DNA of 64,000 nt, taken from positions 102,020 to 166,019 of the forward strand of contig MU619267.1 in NCBI GenBank assembly GCA_025201805.1. The letters are read 5' to 3'. The DNA comes from Parasitella parasitica NRRL 2501. Lineage: Eukaryota; Fungi; Mucoromycota. Positions 12,238 to 23,615 of this stretch are shown piece by piece. Both the position numbers and the translations under genes were made by a program. The notes beneath the pieces are model-generated. The model saw nothing but the letters and a program-made list of their open reading frames with translations, searched no databases and was not told the origin of the DNA. The stretch's first letter is position 1, and the number at the start of each line of letters is the position of its first letter.

Positions 12238-13947
12238 ATGACGAATGTTTATCAAGCTGCCGTCTCGCCTGCTTCAACTGAAGAGATATTATTCAACTAC
12301 CTTCGACCACAATTAGAAAGACGCCATCAGCCAGAAGACGAATTGTATTTACCCAGCAACAATGCTTCATTAATTGAATCAAGAGACCACCAGTTCTTTT
12401 CAACGCCTGCGATAAATGATACATTTGCAATCCTCGACGAGGACGAACAGATGCAGCTGTTTCAAGATGCAAGCATCACACTAGAGTTAACAAGCTTTTC
12501 TGATCTTCAAGTGGCTCTGAAAGACATTGGAGAACTTGAACCTGCAGCAGGCAAAAGATCGAGAGCAACAAGCTTTCGGCAGCAGCAGAAAATCACTGAA
12601 GAAGATCTACTATATTTGCCAGGCGCAGATTTCGAGGTACCACCATCTATACGCCTCAACATCGAAAGCTCACAGATACTCGACATGCTCATGGCTCGAG
12701 CTGTGCAGCATTGGTGTTGTATAGGTTTTAAAGTGGCTCCTATCAGTGTAGATCTCATCAAAAATTGGCATTCGGCACCCGAGCCTATTGTGTACTGTAT
12801 AGCATCAATCAGTCTGGTAACATTTATGGACCAGCAGGTGCAGAACAACAGCTTGTACTTTAAGCAGGCTGCCATGGTGTTTTACGAACAAGCAAGGAAC
12901 AAATTGGACGACATTCTGCTCGATGATATGCAGCCGCTCATCATCCAGTCTTATTTCTGCCTCAGCTATACGTCAAACCTACTGCGGCTGTACGAGCAAC
13001 AGCGTACGTGGGGTGGCCTAGCGTCTATATCTCTGCAGCATCTGGCAGAAAAGCAGTTATCAGCGTCCAAACCAGTGGAGAACGCAACATTGGGATGCTG
13101 GTTTCGATGGTACTATGTGGATGCTTGGATGTGCCTCAGCTTGAACAGAGAATGTCTACTGCCTGATACAGTCGCCTGGGTTAACATGGAAGAGATAGGA
13201 AGACTGTCGCTTGCAAATCTCAAATCCGATCAGCACAACCTGTACAGTTTTGCGTACCTGACATGGTATATGCGACGCTATATCCAAGCCTTGCATTCTG
13301 GCCGAATTTTCAAGGACCAGAAGCAGAAATCCCCATCTAACCACTACTACACAATCACCAAGGAGCTGACAAGCTGGTATGCCCGCTTGCCCAAATATAA
13401 CAATATATCAGAGCTGCATTTACAACTGTGCTACAACTCGATGCGCCTGGTTGTCCTATACCAATTCCTCAACCCACAACTACCGCCACCGCACGATATT
13501 ATCATCGATTGCCTCGAGACAAACCTGGAGCTGTTGCAAGCATTGCAACACCTCAAAACAGTAGGCTGTGACCAGAGCACATACCATCACATGTTTTTTG
13601 CCATCCACAACACCGCCAAAAGGATTCTGCAGTATGGAATTCGACAGTTTCAGCCGTATGCAGAAGAGCAGCTCAAAATCAATCTCCTGTTGCTCAAAAG
13701 CACGCAGGCGTATGCACATGATGTATTTAAAATGAAAATTTATGCACAAAAAATCCAAGATCAGTTTACGAGGATGAACATTTCGATACCCATGTCAAAT
13801 CCGTCAGTTGGAAGCATTACTGTGTTCAAGCAAACGCATGGTAACGATACGCAAAAGCCTCTCAAATTGCCACAGCAATCGCTGCAGACAGTATTCAAGT
13901 TTGAGCAGCAGGGCAGAAAAATGCTTAAAAAGAAAAAATCGAAATGA
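12238..13947 (+). CDS. 569-aa protein resembling the fungal transcription-factor middle-homology region, with no Zn2Cys6 cluster seen
   Basis: Long intronless ORF. The segments VYCIASISL..FYEQARNKL..IQSYFCLS and CWFRWYYVDAWMCLSLNR resemble the Fungal_trans helical domain. It ends in a basic KKKKSK (possible NLS). Confidence 0.6.
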   Translation: MTNVYQAAVSPASTEEILFNYLRPQLERRHQPEDELYLPSNNASLIESRDHQFFSTPAINDTFAILDEDEQMQLFQDASITLELTSFSDLQVALKDIGELEPAAGKRSRATSFRQQQKITEEDLLYLPGADFEVPPSIRLNIESSQILDMLMARAVQHWCCIGFKVAPISVDLIKNWHSAPEPIVYCIASISLVTFMDQQVQNNSLYFKQAAMVFYEQARNKLDDILLDDMQPLIIQSYFCLSYTSNLLRLYEQQRTWGGLASISLQHLAEKQLSASKPVENATLGCWFRWYYVDAWMCLSLNRECLLPDTVAWVNMEEIGRLSLANLKSDQHNLYSFAYLTWYMRRYIQALHSGRIFKDQKQKSPSNHYYTITKELTSWYARLPKYNNISELHLQLCYNSMRLVVLYQFLNPQLPPPHDIIIDCLETNLELLQALQHLKTVGCDQSTYHHMFFAIHNTAKRILQYGIRQFQPYAEEQLKINLLLLKSTQAYAHDVFKMKIYAQKIQDQFTRMNISIPMSNPSVGSITVFKQTHGNDTQKPLKLPQQSLQTVFKFEQQGRKMLKKKKSK

Positions 13948-14246
13948 TAATAAAGAAAAGAGGAATTTAACTTTTTTTATTTTTTTTGAGGAATGTTACT
14001 ATAGTCCATAATATGATAATTGTGTGTGTTTGTGTGTGTGTGCGATGTATTATATATATATAAAACGAAAGTATACTATATTAAAAAGAATGTGTATTTT
14101 TGTGTGCGACTGAATATGGGTGTCAATATATAAAGAGAGTAATGTGGGGGAGTAAGGGGAGGGGGGGGGGGGTTAGTTGGTTGGTTGGATATTTACATGA
14201 AATGAATGTCAAGGAGTCCATTCTTTTAAGGAGTGTGTGCTTGTCT

Positions 14247-15497
14247 TTACATAATGCAACGTAGTGTCACCTTTTCAAGCCTATTCCACTTAGTGTGCAT
14301 GATTTGTACAAGGTCTTGCTCTTTGTTAATCAGCACGGCAGGAAGTACCATTTCGTTCTTTGCAGTGGCGATGCTACAACAGCTGCTGCTATTGTCGTTG
14401 AATAGCAGGACAACCTCATCTTCAACGCGGACATTGCTGCCCATGCTTGGGTCGGAAAATTTTTGTGCTATGCGAGAACGCAGCTCATGGAGCGAAATCG
14501 ATCGAGGCACTTGAACGACAATGATGTTATCGATATCATAAATGACCTTGATCTTGATTGTAGGCTTCATGGGGAAACTTGTGCTCTCGGTGGGACTAGG
14601 CATGATTGTCGTAGCGCATGTACTGGTACTAAGATGACTTGATGCAATGCTGCCAGACCGGCTACTATTGGTAGACTCTGATAACGGTTCTTCTCTATTA
14701 ATGCAAAGCGATGATTTACTCTTTTTCAGCTGCTCTCCTTTAAAAGGATTGGTGTTACGCTGCTGTAATGATCTGAATGTAGCAGTTGCATTCTTTGCTG
14801 CCGTGTTTGTATTTGCAGGTGTTGACATGGAAGGTTGTGGCTGCTGGTTGACATTGTTGCTACGATACCAAATCTTGTTTGCTGCCTGACTGCATAGTGA
14901 TGATAGACCGCTGCCACCGCTGATACTTGTGCTGCTGCTGCTAGTGCTAGTGCTGACAATGGGAGGCGCTCGGCCAAGAAACGAAGTGCATCTCAGCCTC
15001 TTCCATCTGCTGGACGATGATGATGCAGCGGACGGTGACAGTTCCGGAATGCAGTTCTCCTCCTCATCTTCTAGTATAAAATCAGACTTTTGAATGCCAA
15101 AGAACTCCAGCACGAGAAATGAGTCTGTGATCATGGATGGCTTGTAAAAAAGCTTGCTCAAGAACTGGTCCAATTCCTCTGCGCGTTGGGCGTGCAATTG
15201 CTTGCTGGCGGGCAAGAGAGTCAATCGGCTTTTAATCTTGGGTGGCAAACGTGAGCCAGCCTTTTTGGTGGTGTTGAATCGCTCGTGCAATTTTTGCGAT
15301 AATTGACAGAATTCTTCGTATCTTCTGGCAACCAAGAATGGTCTCTTTTTGTGCGGCTCAACTTTAATTGTGTACCAGATTTTTTGATCGCTTCGCTTTT
15401 CGAATGAGACGACAGACGCTGAATCAATGGCATATCCCAGTTTTGATGTGGTGTTCAAACTGAAGGATGGTTTCATCATTAGCGATGCTGAAGGCAT
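14247..15497 (-). CDS. PX- and PB1-domain protein (Bem1/p40phox-like C-terminal architecture, no SH3)
   Basis: PX: WYTIKV...VARRYEEFCQLSQKL...LPPK...RAEELDQFLSKL. PB1: IKIKVIYDIDNIIVVQVP...LHELRSRIAQKF...VTLRC. Confidence 0.8.
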   Translation of the reverse strand: MPSASLMMKPSFSLNTTSKLGYAIDSASVVSFEKRSDQKIWYTIKVEPHKKRPFLVARRYEEFCQLSQKLHERFNTTKKAGSRLPPKIKSRLTLLPASKQLHAQRAEELDQFLSKLFYKPSMITDSFLVLEFFGIQKSDFILEDEEENCIPELSPSAASSSSSRWKRLRCTSFLGRAPPIVSTSTSSSSTSISGGSGLSSLCSQAANKIWYRSNNVNQQPQPSMSTPANTNTAAKNATATFRSLQQRNTNPFKGEQLKKSKSSLCINREEPLSESTNSSRSGSIASSHLSTSTCATTIMPSPTESTSFPMKPTIKIKVIYDIDNIIVVQVPRSISLHELRSRIAQKFSDPSMGSNVRVEDEVVLLFNDNSSSCCSIATAKNEMVLPAVLINKEQDLVQIMHTKWNRLEKVTLRCIM

Positions 15498-16550
15498 TTT
15501 GAATTGGAGTATTACAAAAAGAGAAGGAAAGACGCAAACAAAAACAGATCATCAACTTATATACAAAATGGATGCCTAGGTATGAAATGTTTAAGGAGCA
15601 TTTCACGGCATTACTATAAAGTTGCCTCTGACCCCCTGGATGTTTCTTTTTTTTTTGTGTGTGCATATATCCTATACGCACATTTAGAATACTAATTACA
15701 CAGACTCTAATTTTTCTTATTCAGCAGTGTCAGATAGAATTACACATTCAAGGAGGTTTCAATATCTGAACTGAGGTGAAGTATGTTTTCAAGAATGGCG
15801 TGAATTGATCTCATATAGGAAATAGACAAGTCTGGACTCCCCTTTCTCTTGTCTAATGTGGTCAATCTCCGCGAAATAGCTTTTTCATCATTTACTGGTG
15901 AAATATCCAGATTTGATTGTTATGATCTTTTTGTATTGTTGCACCAATTGTGCATAGTTTAAATCTTATACAACTTTGATGTATACAGCATGGATTTCTC
16001 TCCTCCTCTCCTTTTTTTTTTTTTTTNNNNNNNNNNNNNNNNNNNNNNNNNNNNNNAAAAAAAGAAATCCTGTCGCTATTCATTATTCTTTTGACATTTT
16101 GAAATGAACCAACCATGAGTTAAATGCAGCGATTGCATTAGGATGCCAATCAATTTTGCAGTGCAATTCTCAACTAGGTTCATCTGAAAAATGGTCATTA
16201 TTCTCCTCCTTTATCTGCAGAAACCTACGTGTCATACATAAAATGTAACCTCCAGTAATTAAAGACAATAATTCAGCGAGTTTTTAATATTTTTTAGACA
16301 AAAAAAAATACAAACATCAAATAAACATGCAATATTGACATGTTAAAGCACTCAAACATAATGGTTTGCTTTAGAATACCCTGAAAAAATACTGCAAAAT
16401 TCATAACCTAAAAAAAAATTAGAATCGATCATTTTATTTTTAGCAAAGGGGGGGTCACAGTCTTCCGTTGCCGAAATTATATTTTTTTGTGTTGATTCCT
16501 GGTACCCACAGTTATACGTGCTTGATAAAACTTATGTTTTACGGAATACA

Positions 16551-18564
16551 ATGCTATCAGTAGACGATAGAGAACCCATCCCATTTGTGGATTACTACTG
16601 TGCATGCTCTGTCAGAAAAGAGCACACCTCTTTGAATACAGATACACCAGAAAACGCATCTACTGCGACAAACGCCACCACCGCAACGAATAATCCCAGT
16701 ACATCCACTTCCACAGCGACAACGACAGCAACTGTTGAAAATGCTGCCTCTGCTACTGGGCGCCACTTGTTATCAAAACAAGCTTCAAATTACTTATACC
16801 CGCTTTCACGCCTTTATTTTTGTGAAGATTGCCACCAAATAAGATGTCCATCTTGTGTGCAAGATGAAATCGTTTCTTACTATTGTCCAAACTGTCTTTT
16901 CGAGGTTAGGGAAATCGATACATTTTCAGTTAAATCAGGTCTTTGATCGTGTTGTATTAGGTTCCTACAGCTAGTGTGAAGAGCGAAAAGAATAGGTGCG
17001 CTAGAAATTGCTTCCAATGTCCAATTTGTCAAAATACTTTATCGGTTGTTGCGGCTCAGGAACCGACACAAATATCAGCTTCAGGGCCTGCTCCTGGTCC
17101 CTACTTTCTGGCTTGTAACGTATGTCGCTGGAATTCGCAGGAAATTAACATGACGTTTGAAAAACCAACAAGCTTAGCATGTAAGAAGAACGTCTAGTTT
17201 TCCATTAAAAAAAAACTAACCACGTCGATGGTTTAGTGCAACTGCAAAAAAACGAAGAAGCACTGCCTGATGCCAAAGAATTCGATCAGTTAAAGGAGCA
17301 TTTTGAAAAGCATCTGCGAGTCAATTCGCCACCATCATTGCCTACAAGCTTTTTGTCTTTTTCCAGTTCAACAACCTTTAGTAAATACATGGGAAGCCAA
17401 TTCCAGCACGACTCACAGATGCAGCAAGGAAAATTGGATGATATCAGTAGTTATGAACCAAGCGTGCAGATACCAGACGACGATGTTAAATTATTGGAAT
17501 CAATGACAACCCTAAGAAGCGTTGATGGAGGTAATATGTAGACTATACACATTCGGAGCACTAGAGTATACTAAACGATATTTACAGTATCGACTTTGTC
17601 TCAGCGTCTATCTCAGTTGTATGATCAGCCTTATGAATTATCGTGAGTGACGAATACCGGTTTGGGAAATGTTATTCACTCCTCTCTTCTACCTCCCTAT
17701 TTCATGCACAGTAAGATACATCCTCAGCGTATCCATTTAGCCATCAAAAGATCAAAGCGCTGTCGCAACTGTCGACATATTTTGATTAAGCCCGAGCAAA
17801 AGGCTCAAGCCACTCGATTCAAGATCAAATTGGTTGCCATGTAAGGCCTATCCGTTATTTTCTGAGGGAATGCAACTAATCAATCGTTTTCCCATACAGG
17901 AATTACATACCCACGATTACATTGCTAAAGCTGCCAAGAAAGAATTGGCCACTTCAAATCGGAGTGCCCACTCAACTTGTACTCAAGTTTACGAATCCAT
18001 TGTACGAGGAGATGAACATCACCTTGGCAACGCCTCAGATCAGAAAGAAACCTTCAGACGATGAGGGAACTGAGCATAAGATCAGCGGCAAAGTTACCAT
18101 TCTGTCACCTCATTTCACCGTAGGCGCTTACAACGAGACAATTGAGTACGACGATGAAATGTATCCAACCGGAAATAGACGAAACAATACAAATTTTGCT
18201 GCGACTTCCTATGCAGATGGAGTATATGAAAAAAGGAACAACTATACCAGTATTCTAGTAGAGGTTATACCTGATAAAGCAGGCGAATTCAAGGTAAAGA
18301 AAGTGCTTGTGCGTGTGTATGTGTGTGTGTGTGTGTGCTTGTTCTGAGAATGCTGCATAGTTTCCTTTGCTTGTAACGTATAATTACAAGTCGGATGAGG
18401 ATCGAATGGATGTTTCATCGGGAGACATAGATGCTGACGATATGGACGATATGGATGTAGACGACAGCATGGATGGATCAAAGAAATCATCGCTTCGATA
18501 CGATGATGACAAGATTAAAAGCTATTCTTTCTGGTGTCTTATTGGACTTGGATCAGCAGTATAG
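16551..18564 (+). CDS. DCTN4: Dynactin p62 subunit, multi-exon
   Basis: LYFCEDCHQIRCPSCV, YYCPNCLFEVP, EKNRCARNCFQCPIC, KRSKRCRNCRHILIKPE and a C-terminal FWCLIGLG. Confidence 0.93.
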
Positions 18565-18613
18565 TCAAGACATTTTCGCATTTAGGTATATTACGCATAT
18601 ATTTATTCGCTGT

Positions 18614-18996
18614 TCATCCAAGTAAAAGTTCGTAAATAATAACTATGATATTCATACCAATTAAAGGAACTAAACAATAATAATAATAATAATAAAAATA
18701 TTATATTAGCAAGTGCATCTTAATCAAAAGGCCTTTAAACCTCTTACTTCTCATTAGTGTTCTCACTGCAGACATCAAATTGATCATTTTATATTTGATC
18801 GATTGTCCTTGCTCATTGCCGAAACCAGCATCAGGCTGCACTGTCCATCCAACTAAACCATGGTGATCAGCTTTTACGTGTTTAAAACATTGACTGACTT
18901 ACTTCTGGCTAGAAATCTTTCCTCGCTCAAAACTGCTATAGCATTGACAAAGCACAGTAATACATAGAACAGCTGCCCAAGTCCAAGAGTCAACAT
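18614..18996 (-). CDS. YOS1: Yos1/IER3IP1 ER-Golgi transport protein, 3 exons
   Basis: MLTLGLGQLFYVLLCFVNAIAVLSEERFLAR / GW...SIKYKMINLMSAVRTLMR / PLIGMNIIVIIYELLLG*. Confidence 0.92.
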
Positions 18997-19199
18997 TGTT
19001 TTATAGTTCGTTGTGGGAGAGGAAATAATAAAAAAAAGAGAGACAACTGTATTCGTTTCGCCACGTAGTGATTGAATCACCGTCTTTGGCAGCAGCAGCA
19101 AAAGGAGCAGCAGCACAGGCAAGTCAGTAGTGGTGATCTTTCAGATTCATCGAAAATTTTTTCTTCTTCCGTTCTTTTTCATTCAGTTCTCCATATATC

Positions 19200-21197
19200 A
19201 TGACAAGTGTGGATCAACTTGGCATTGATACTGTTATTAACAAGAAACAATTCTCGAGTAATGTTGTGGTGAAAGATTGCCCTATAGTCGGTCGTTCTCT
19301 GGTTGCAAAACGGCCTCTTGTTCCTGGAGATGTCCTACTAGTAGAAGAACCCTTGATCAAGTATAACCTCAAGCCAATTTGTCGCTCGGCAAAATCACCC
19401 TACTTTTCTAAAAAGTTATGGAATGTCCTGAATTCAATGGTGCGTGATGTGGAAAATGATAAATTTCAGCAACAGTATGTATCTGATCCAGCCATAGAAG
19501 AAGCTGCGCAGGAGCGAGAACAAAATGGCTACGACGATGATAACGACTCGAACGATTATAGCAGTAGTGAGGATGATGAGGACGATCAAGAGGAGGGAGT
19601 GAAACCAGAGACAAACCCTGACTCGGATTTCTGTCCCGGTGTACCTGCAGCCATCATTGCCTATTTAGACATTCATCCACCCACAGAGCATTTCACAAAT
19701 GTCAGAAATCGCAGGACATACAAGCGAGATGATTTCGACTTTTTCTATTACCCCAATTCAGACATTGAGCCAGCTTGGCTAGATCATAAAACTGTCAAAT
19801 TGATTCATACAGTAACGCAAAAGGTAGCCGACACGATACCTTTATATTCTCATGTCGATCCGTATGATCTGCGTAGCTTTGTACTCAAGATTTACTCTAA
19901 TGCACACACGGTAGCATTGCCTCGAAGCAGAACTATGCCGACTCATCGATCCAAAAAGGCTCGCCGACAAATGTACATGGCTAAATTTGGAGATAATGTC
20001 ACTTATTGGGGAGAAGATGCCGTCGATCCTCCGAGTAATCCCACTATTGCCTTGCTGCGTTGGGGTTCCAAGTTTGCCCACTCTTGCTCACCCAACATGT
20101 TTTTACGTTTTGAGCCTGGCAACAATGCTATGGTATTTACAATAACTCGCCCAGTGAAAGAAGGTCAAGTGCTGTCTTTTTCTTATCTTCCTGAAGATGA
20201 CTCAACTGTTGGTGGTTTAGTGTTGGGGAGTACGTCTGACCGTAGAGCCAAGCTTCAAAAATTCAAGTTTTTCGAATGTTTGTGTGAGCGTTGTGTAGAT
20301 TGGGATTGGTCCAGAGGTGTCACTTGCAATGCTTGTCGTGAACCTACTAGTTTCCGTGACGATAAGAAAGTTTGGACATGTTTCTTATGCCAAGCACAGA
20401 ACAGCGATGATGAGGCTACGTTTATTGGTGAACGTGAAGAAAGTGTACAGCAGATGGTTATGGGATTCGTTGCTCGTATTCATGGCCATCGCCGTATGAA
20501 CGAAAGTACGATGCGCATGATGGAACCTTATCTTTTAAATTTATTAACTTCAGCACCTGAAAAGAACGAGGTGGCTGTACCAAAAAACCATTGGACTTAT
20601 GGTGTCATTCATTCCTTATTGGCATCGTATCATTTGAACCTATTTCCTCAATCTTTTGGTAAAGGATTGGCTGCTCAGTTGGGCCTAACAGTGCAAGGTT
20701 TGGAAGAGGCTTTAGTTTATATCGAATTTTTGAACAATACGATCCGGACACATCCCAACTATACCAATGCTTGTCCTGTCACTTTACATGGTGGTAATTT
20801 GATGGCGGCCTTCTTTGCTGGCTGGCGTGTACTGACGTTGGTGATTGATCTTGTGATGGATAGTACTGAAAATAAGTATGCAAACTTTATCAATGAAAAG
20901 GATTCTGATGAAGAAGATCATGAAGAAGATCCTGAGAGCTGCCAAGAAGGGGTGATAAAAAATGCACCGAAGCCTGTTGCAAAGAGCCCAGACATTGTGT
21001 TGATTGCATTGAATCAAGATTGGGTTGTCCCGCTAACTAAAATTTCAAATATTGTCAACAAAGAATGGATACCCCTGGTGGAACAAGTATTTACATCGCA
21101 TCAGCCAGCCGTTGTTCGAGACATGATAGCTCAAATCATATCTTTTGCTGATAGAATCGAAAAGACCTCTTTCTCCTCTAGTGTCTCCATCCCCTAA
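19200..21197 (+). CDS. SET-domain protein (SMYD-like lysine methyltransferase fold)
   Basis: GRSLVAKRPLVPGDVLLVEEP, SKFAHSCSPN, TITRPVKEGQVLSFSY and post-SET FECLCERC, plus further CxxC pairs. Confidence 0.85.
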   Translation: MTSVDQLGIDTVINKKQFSSNVVVKDCPIVGRSLVAKRPLVPGDVLLVEEPLIKYNLKPICRSAKSPYFSKKLWNVLNSMVRDVENDKFQQQYVSDPAIEEAAQEREQNGYDDDNDSNDYSSSEDDEDDQEEGVKPETNPDSDFCPGVPAAIIAYLDIHPPTEHFTNVRNRRTYKRDDFDFFYYPNSDIEPAWLDHKTVKLIHTVTQKVADTIPLYSHVDPYDLRSFVLKIYSNAHTVALPRSRTMPTHRSKKARRQMYMAKFGDNVTYWGEDAVDPPSNPTIALLRWGSKFAHSCSPNMFLRFEPGNNAMVFTITRPVKEGQVLSFSYLPEDDSTVGGLVLGSTSDRRAKLQKFKFFECLCERCVDWDWSRGVTCNACREPTSFRDDKKVWTCFLCQAQNSDDEATFIGEREESVQQMVMGFVARIHGHRRMNESTMRMMEPYLLNLLTSAPEKNEVAVPKNHWTYGVIHSLLASYHLNLFPQSFGKGLAAQLGLTVQGLEEALVYIEFLNNTIRTHPNYTNACPVTLHGGNLMAAFFAGWRVLTLVIDLVMDSTENKYANFINEKDSDEEDHEEDPESCQEGVIKNAPKPVAKSPDIVLIALNQDWVVPLTKISNIVNKEWIPLVEQVFTSHQPAVVRDMIAQIISFADRIEKTSFSSSVSIP

Positions 21198-22801
21198 TTA
21201 ATACAGTTTGATTCAATAAATAATAACAATTCTTTGTGTCGGGTAGTAGTGTTCCTTCATACAATCCTTAAATTGATCAAGTACACACTTCGCTGTATCA
21301 GGGCCAAAAAGAAAAAATAACGGCATAAATACTGGAAGAAGTTATTGAGCTACGAGTTGCGGCCACAAAGCTAATTGACTTTCACAGGTCAATTTTGACA
21401 TCTACATCACAAAAAAGCTGCTTAGCTGACTTTATTCAAGAACGATAGTGAAACAATGCTGCCACAACCCGAAACTTTTAATAAAGAAGATATGTATTTT
21501 ACTCATCAATGAGTTTTGCGATTCTGCCAAGTCCTACTTAACAAGGGCATAGCAGTAGACAATTGATATGACAAAAAAAGGGAAAATAATAAAGACTTTT
21601 AATTCACCCAGATAACAGAAGTTGTTATCTTTTCATATATTGACTATAGTTACGAGAATTAATCATTTACAATAATACAACAACTTAGTCATGTTTAACA
21701 CTTATTTAGCTATCATTATGCAGCATCAGCGTTTCAATAGCGGTCAGATTTTCCACAAACATCTGTTAATCATCTCTGCTATAAAAAGAACCGTACCACT
21801 GCGATTCAACTTGGAAACATCTTTTTATTGAAATCTAGAAAGTTCTCACCAGAAGCCACAGATTTTCGTGTATAATCGCTGGTAGGCTTCGATGAAAAGC
21901 AAAATCAGAGCTTCTCTTATGCGCCATCAAATCAGGCATGATTATCACTACACGAACATAACTTGCTTTTCACTAGGCGATGTCTTTATCAAAAGTTATC
22001 TGCAAAAACAGGTTTTATTGAGATCTGCAAGATCGAAATAAGAAAAGTATTGGATAAAACGTTGAATTAACGAGATACGAAAACTTGAGATTACTTTATT
22101 AAAGATTCAACTTTGCATCTGCTATTTATACTTTTTACAACTACATAAATTTTTGGTGACTTTTTTAAAATACTAGTTGATACTAATCGATAAGAATAAT
22201 TTGCAAGCAACATCATATCCTTAACAGGGTACGATGCATTATTGTACTACAAGGTTATTGATCTTTGATCTGACAGTACCTTATTGTTTGTCAATCATAC
22301 AGATCTCTGTTACAGATAACCTTCCTGATTTGAAACAAAGACTTTATTCTCCTGTTTCGACAAGTATAACAACACATCATTGGAAAATCTTAATTGAAGT
22401 ACACTATCATGATCTCCTATCCTACATTATGGCAGATTAGGTTTATTTTTAATAATTTATCTTGAATATCACATATTTGCTCATAACTTCTTGATCAGCC
22501 ATAAATTAAGATAAGAGATCATGATAATGTACTTCAATTGAAAATTGGGAGATTAACCAATGATATGTTGTTACACTTGTCGAAACAGAAGAATAAAGTC
22601 TCTGTTTCAGATCAAGAAGGTTTTGTCTGTAACACAGATCTGTGTGATTGACAAACATTAAGGCACTGTCAGGTCAAAGATGAATAACCTTGTAGTATAA
22701 TAGTATATCGTAGCCTGTTGGGGATGATGTTACTTACAAATTACTCTTATTGATTAGTTTCTAAAATAGGTCACCAAAAATTTACACCTTTTGCCAAAAC
22801 G

Positions 22802-22899
22802 ATGTTGCAAGAAAAGAAATTAAAGTGTCGCACTTTTACAAAAATCAGTGTCGTATGTTTCTAGAAAAGAGTGTCGCACAATTCAGAGAAATAGTGTCG
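22802..22899 (+). repeat. Five RTGTCG-type motifs at exact 23-bp period inside the left TIR (mirrored in the right TIR)
   Basis: ATGTTG at 22802, then GTGTCG at 22825, 22848, 22871 and 22894. CGACAC/CGACAT copies occur at about 26373-26470. Confidence 0.85.
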
Positions 22900-23615
22900 T
22901 GCTTTTCAAAAAAAGGACATGTCAGATATATTGTTCTTTTCACCGTAGTCATTATCATGGTCATTATCATGGTCTTTACCGTTGTCATTACCGTGGTCAC
23001 GCCTAGGTTTTTTTGTTAACCTGAGTGATTTCAAATAAAGAAAACAGCATTCAAGCTTTAGAAAAGTTCCAAGCATTAAGCGATCAATTTGAGGTGTGCT
23101 ATTTATCTGATCCGGCAATTCCCGTACTTGCAACTAAATTACAGATTTCAAAGTATCCGTTAGCCTTTTACACCTACAAGTCCTGTGAACTATAGCCAGT
23201 GGCACCTATAAGGATATACAAGCACCTTAATACGAAGGGCTTAAGTCGAGCTACTTATTGCTCTTAATTCTTCTTTTTGAAACATAAATACTCTATATAA
23301 AATAAAAATTTAATATGTGGTCTGACTAGTTGACTATCGAAAAAGGTTATCTTTATTCACTGATGGTTATAAAAACATCGAGCTTTGTCAAAGAAAAACT
23401 GCAGGGTATGCTGTCGTAAAAAAATAAGAGTGCATTAATTTACGGGGTTATTCGCGCTATGGGAAGATTTAAGTTACGAGCACCAACATAGGTTACCTAA
23501 AGGTAATTTTCAAGTTAAATAAAACGAACACCATTCTTGGCTAGTGGAAACAAATATCTTCTGCTAATAATAGTAATATGAAGAAAAGAAAGATGATACT
23601 GGAATTGGTATAGTT

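Noticed and set aside
22802-22899. CRISPR-like periodic repeat
   Set aside because: The repeat is only 6-7 bp, it lies in a TIR and is mirrored at the other end, the context is eukaryotic, and no cas genes are present.
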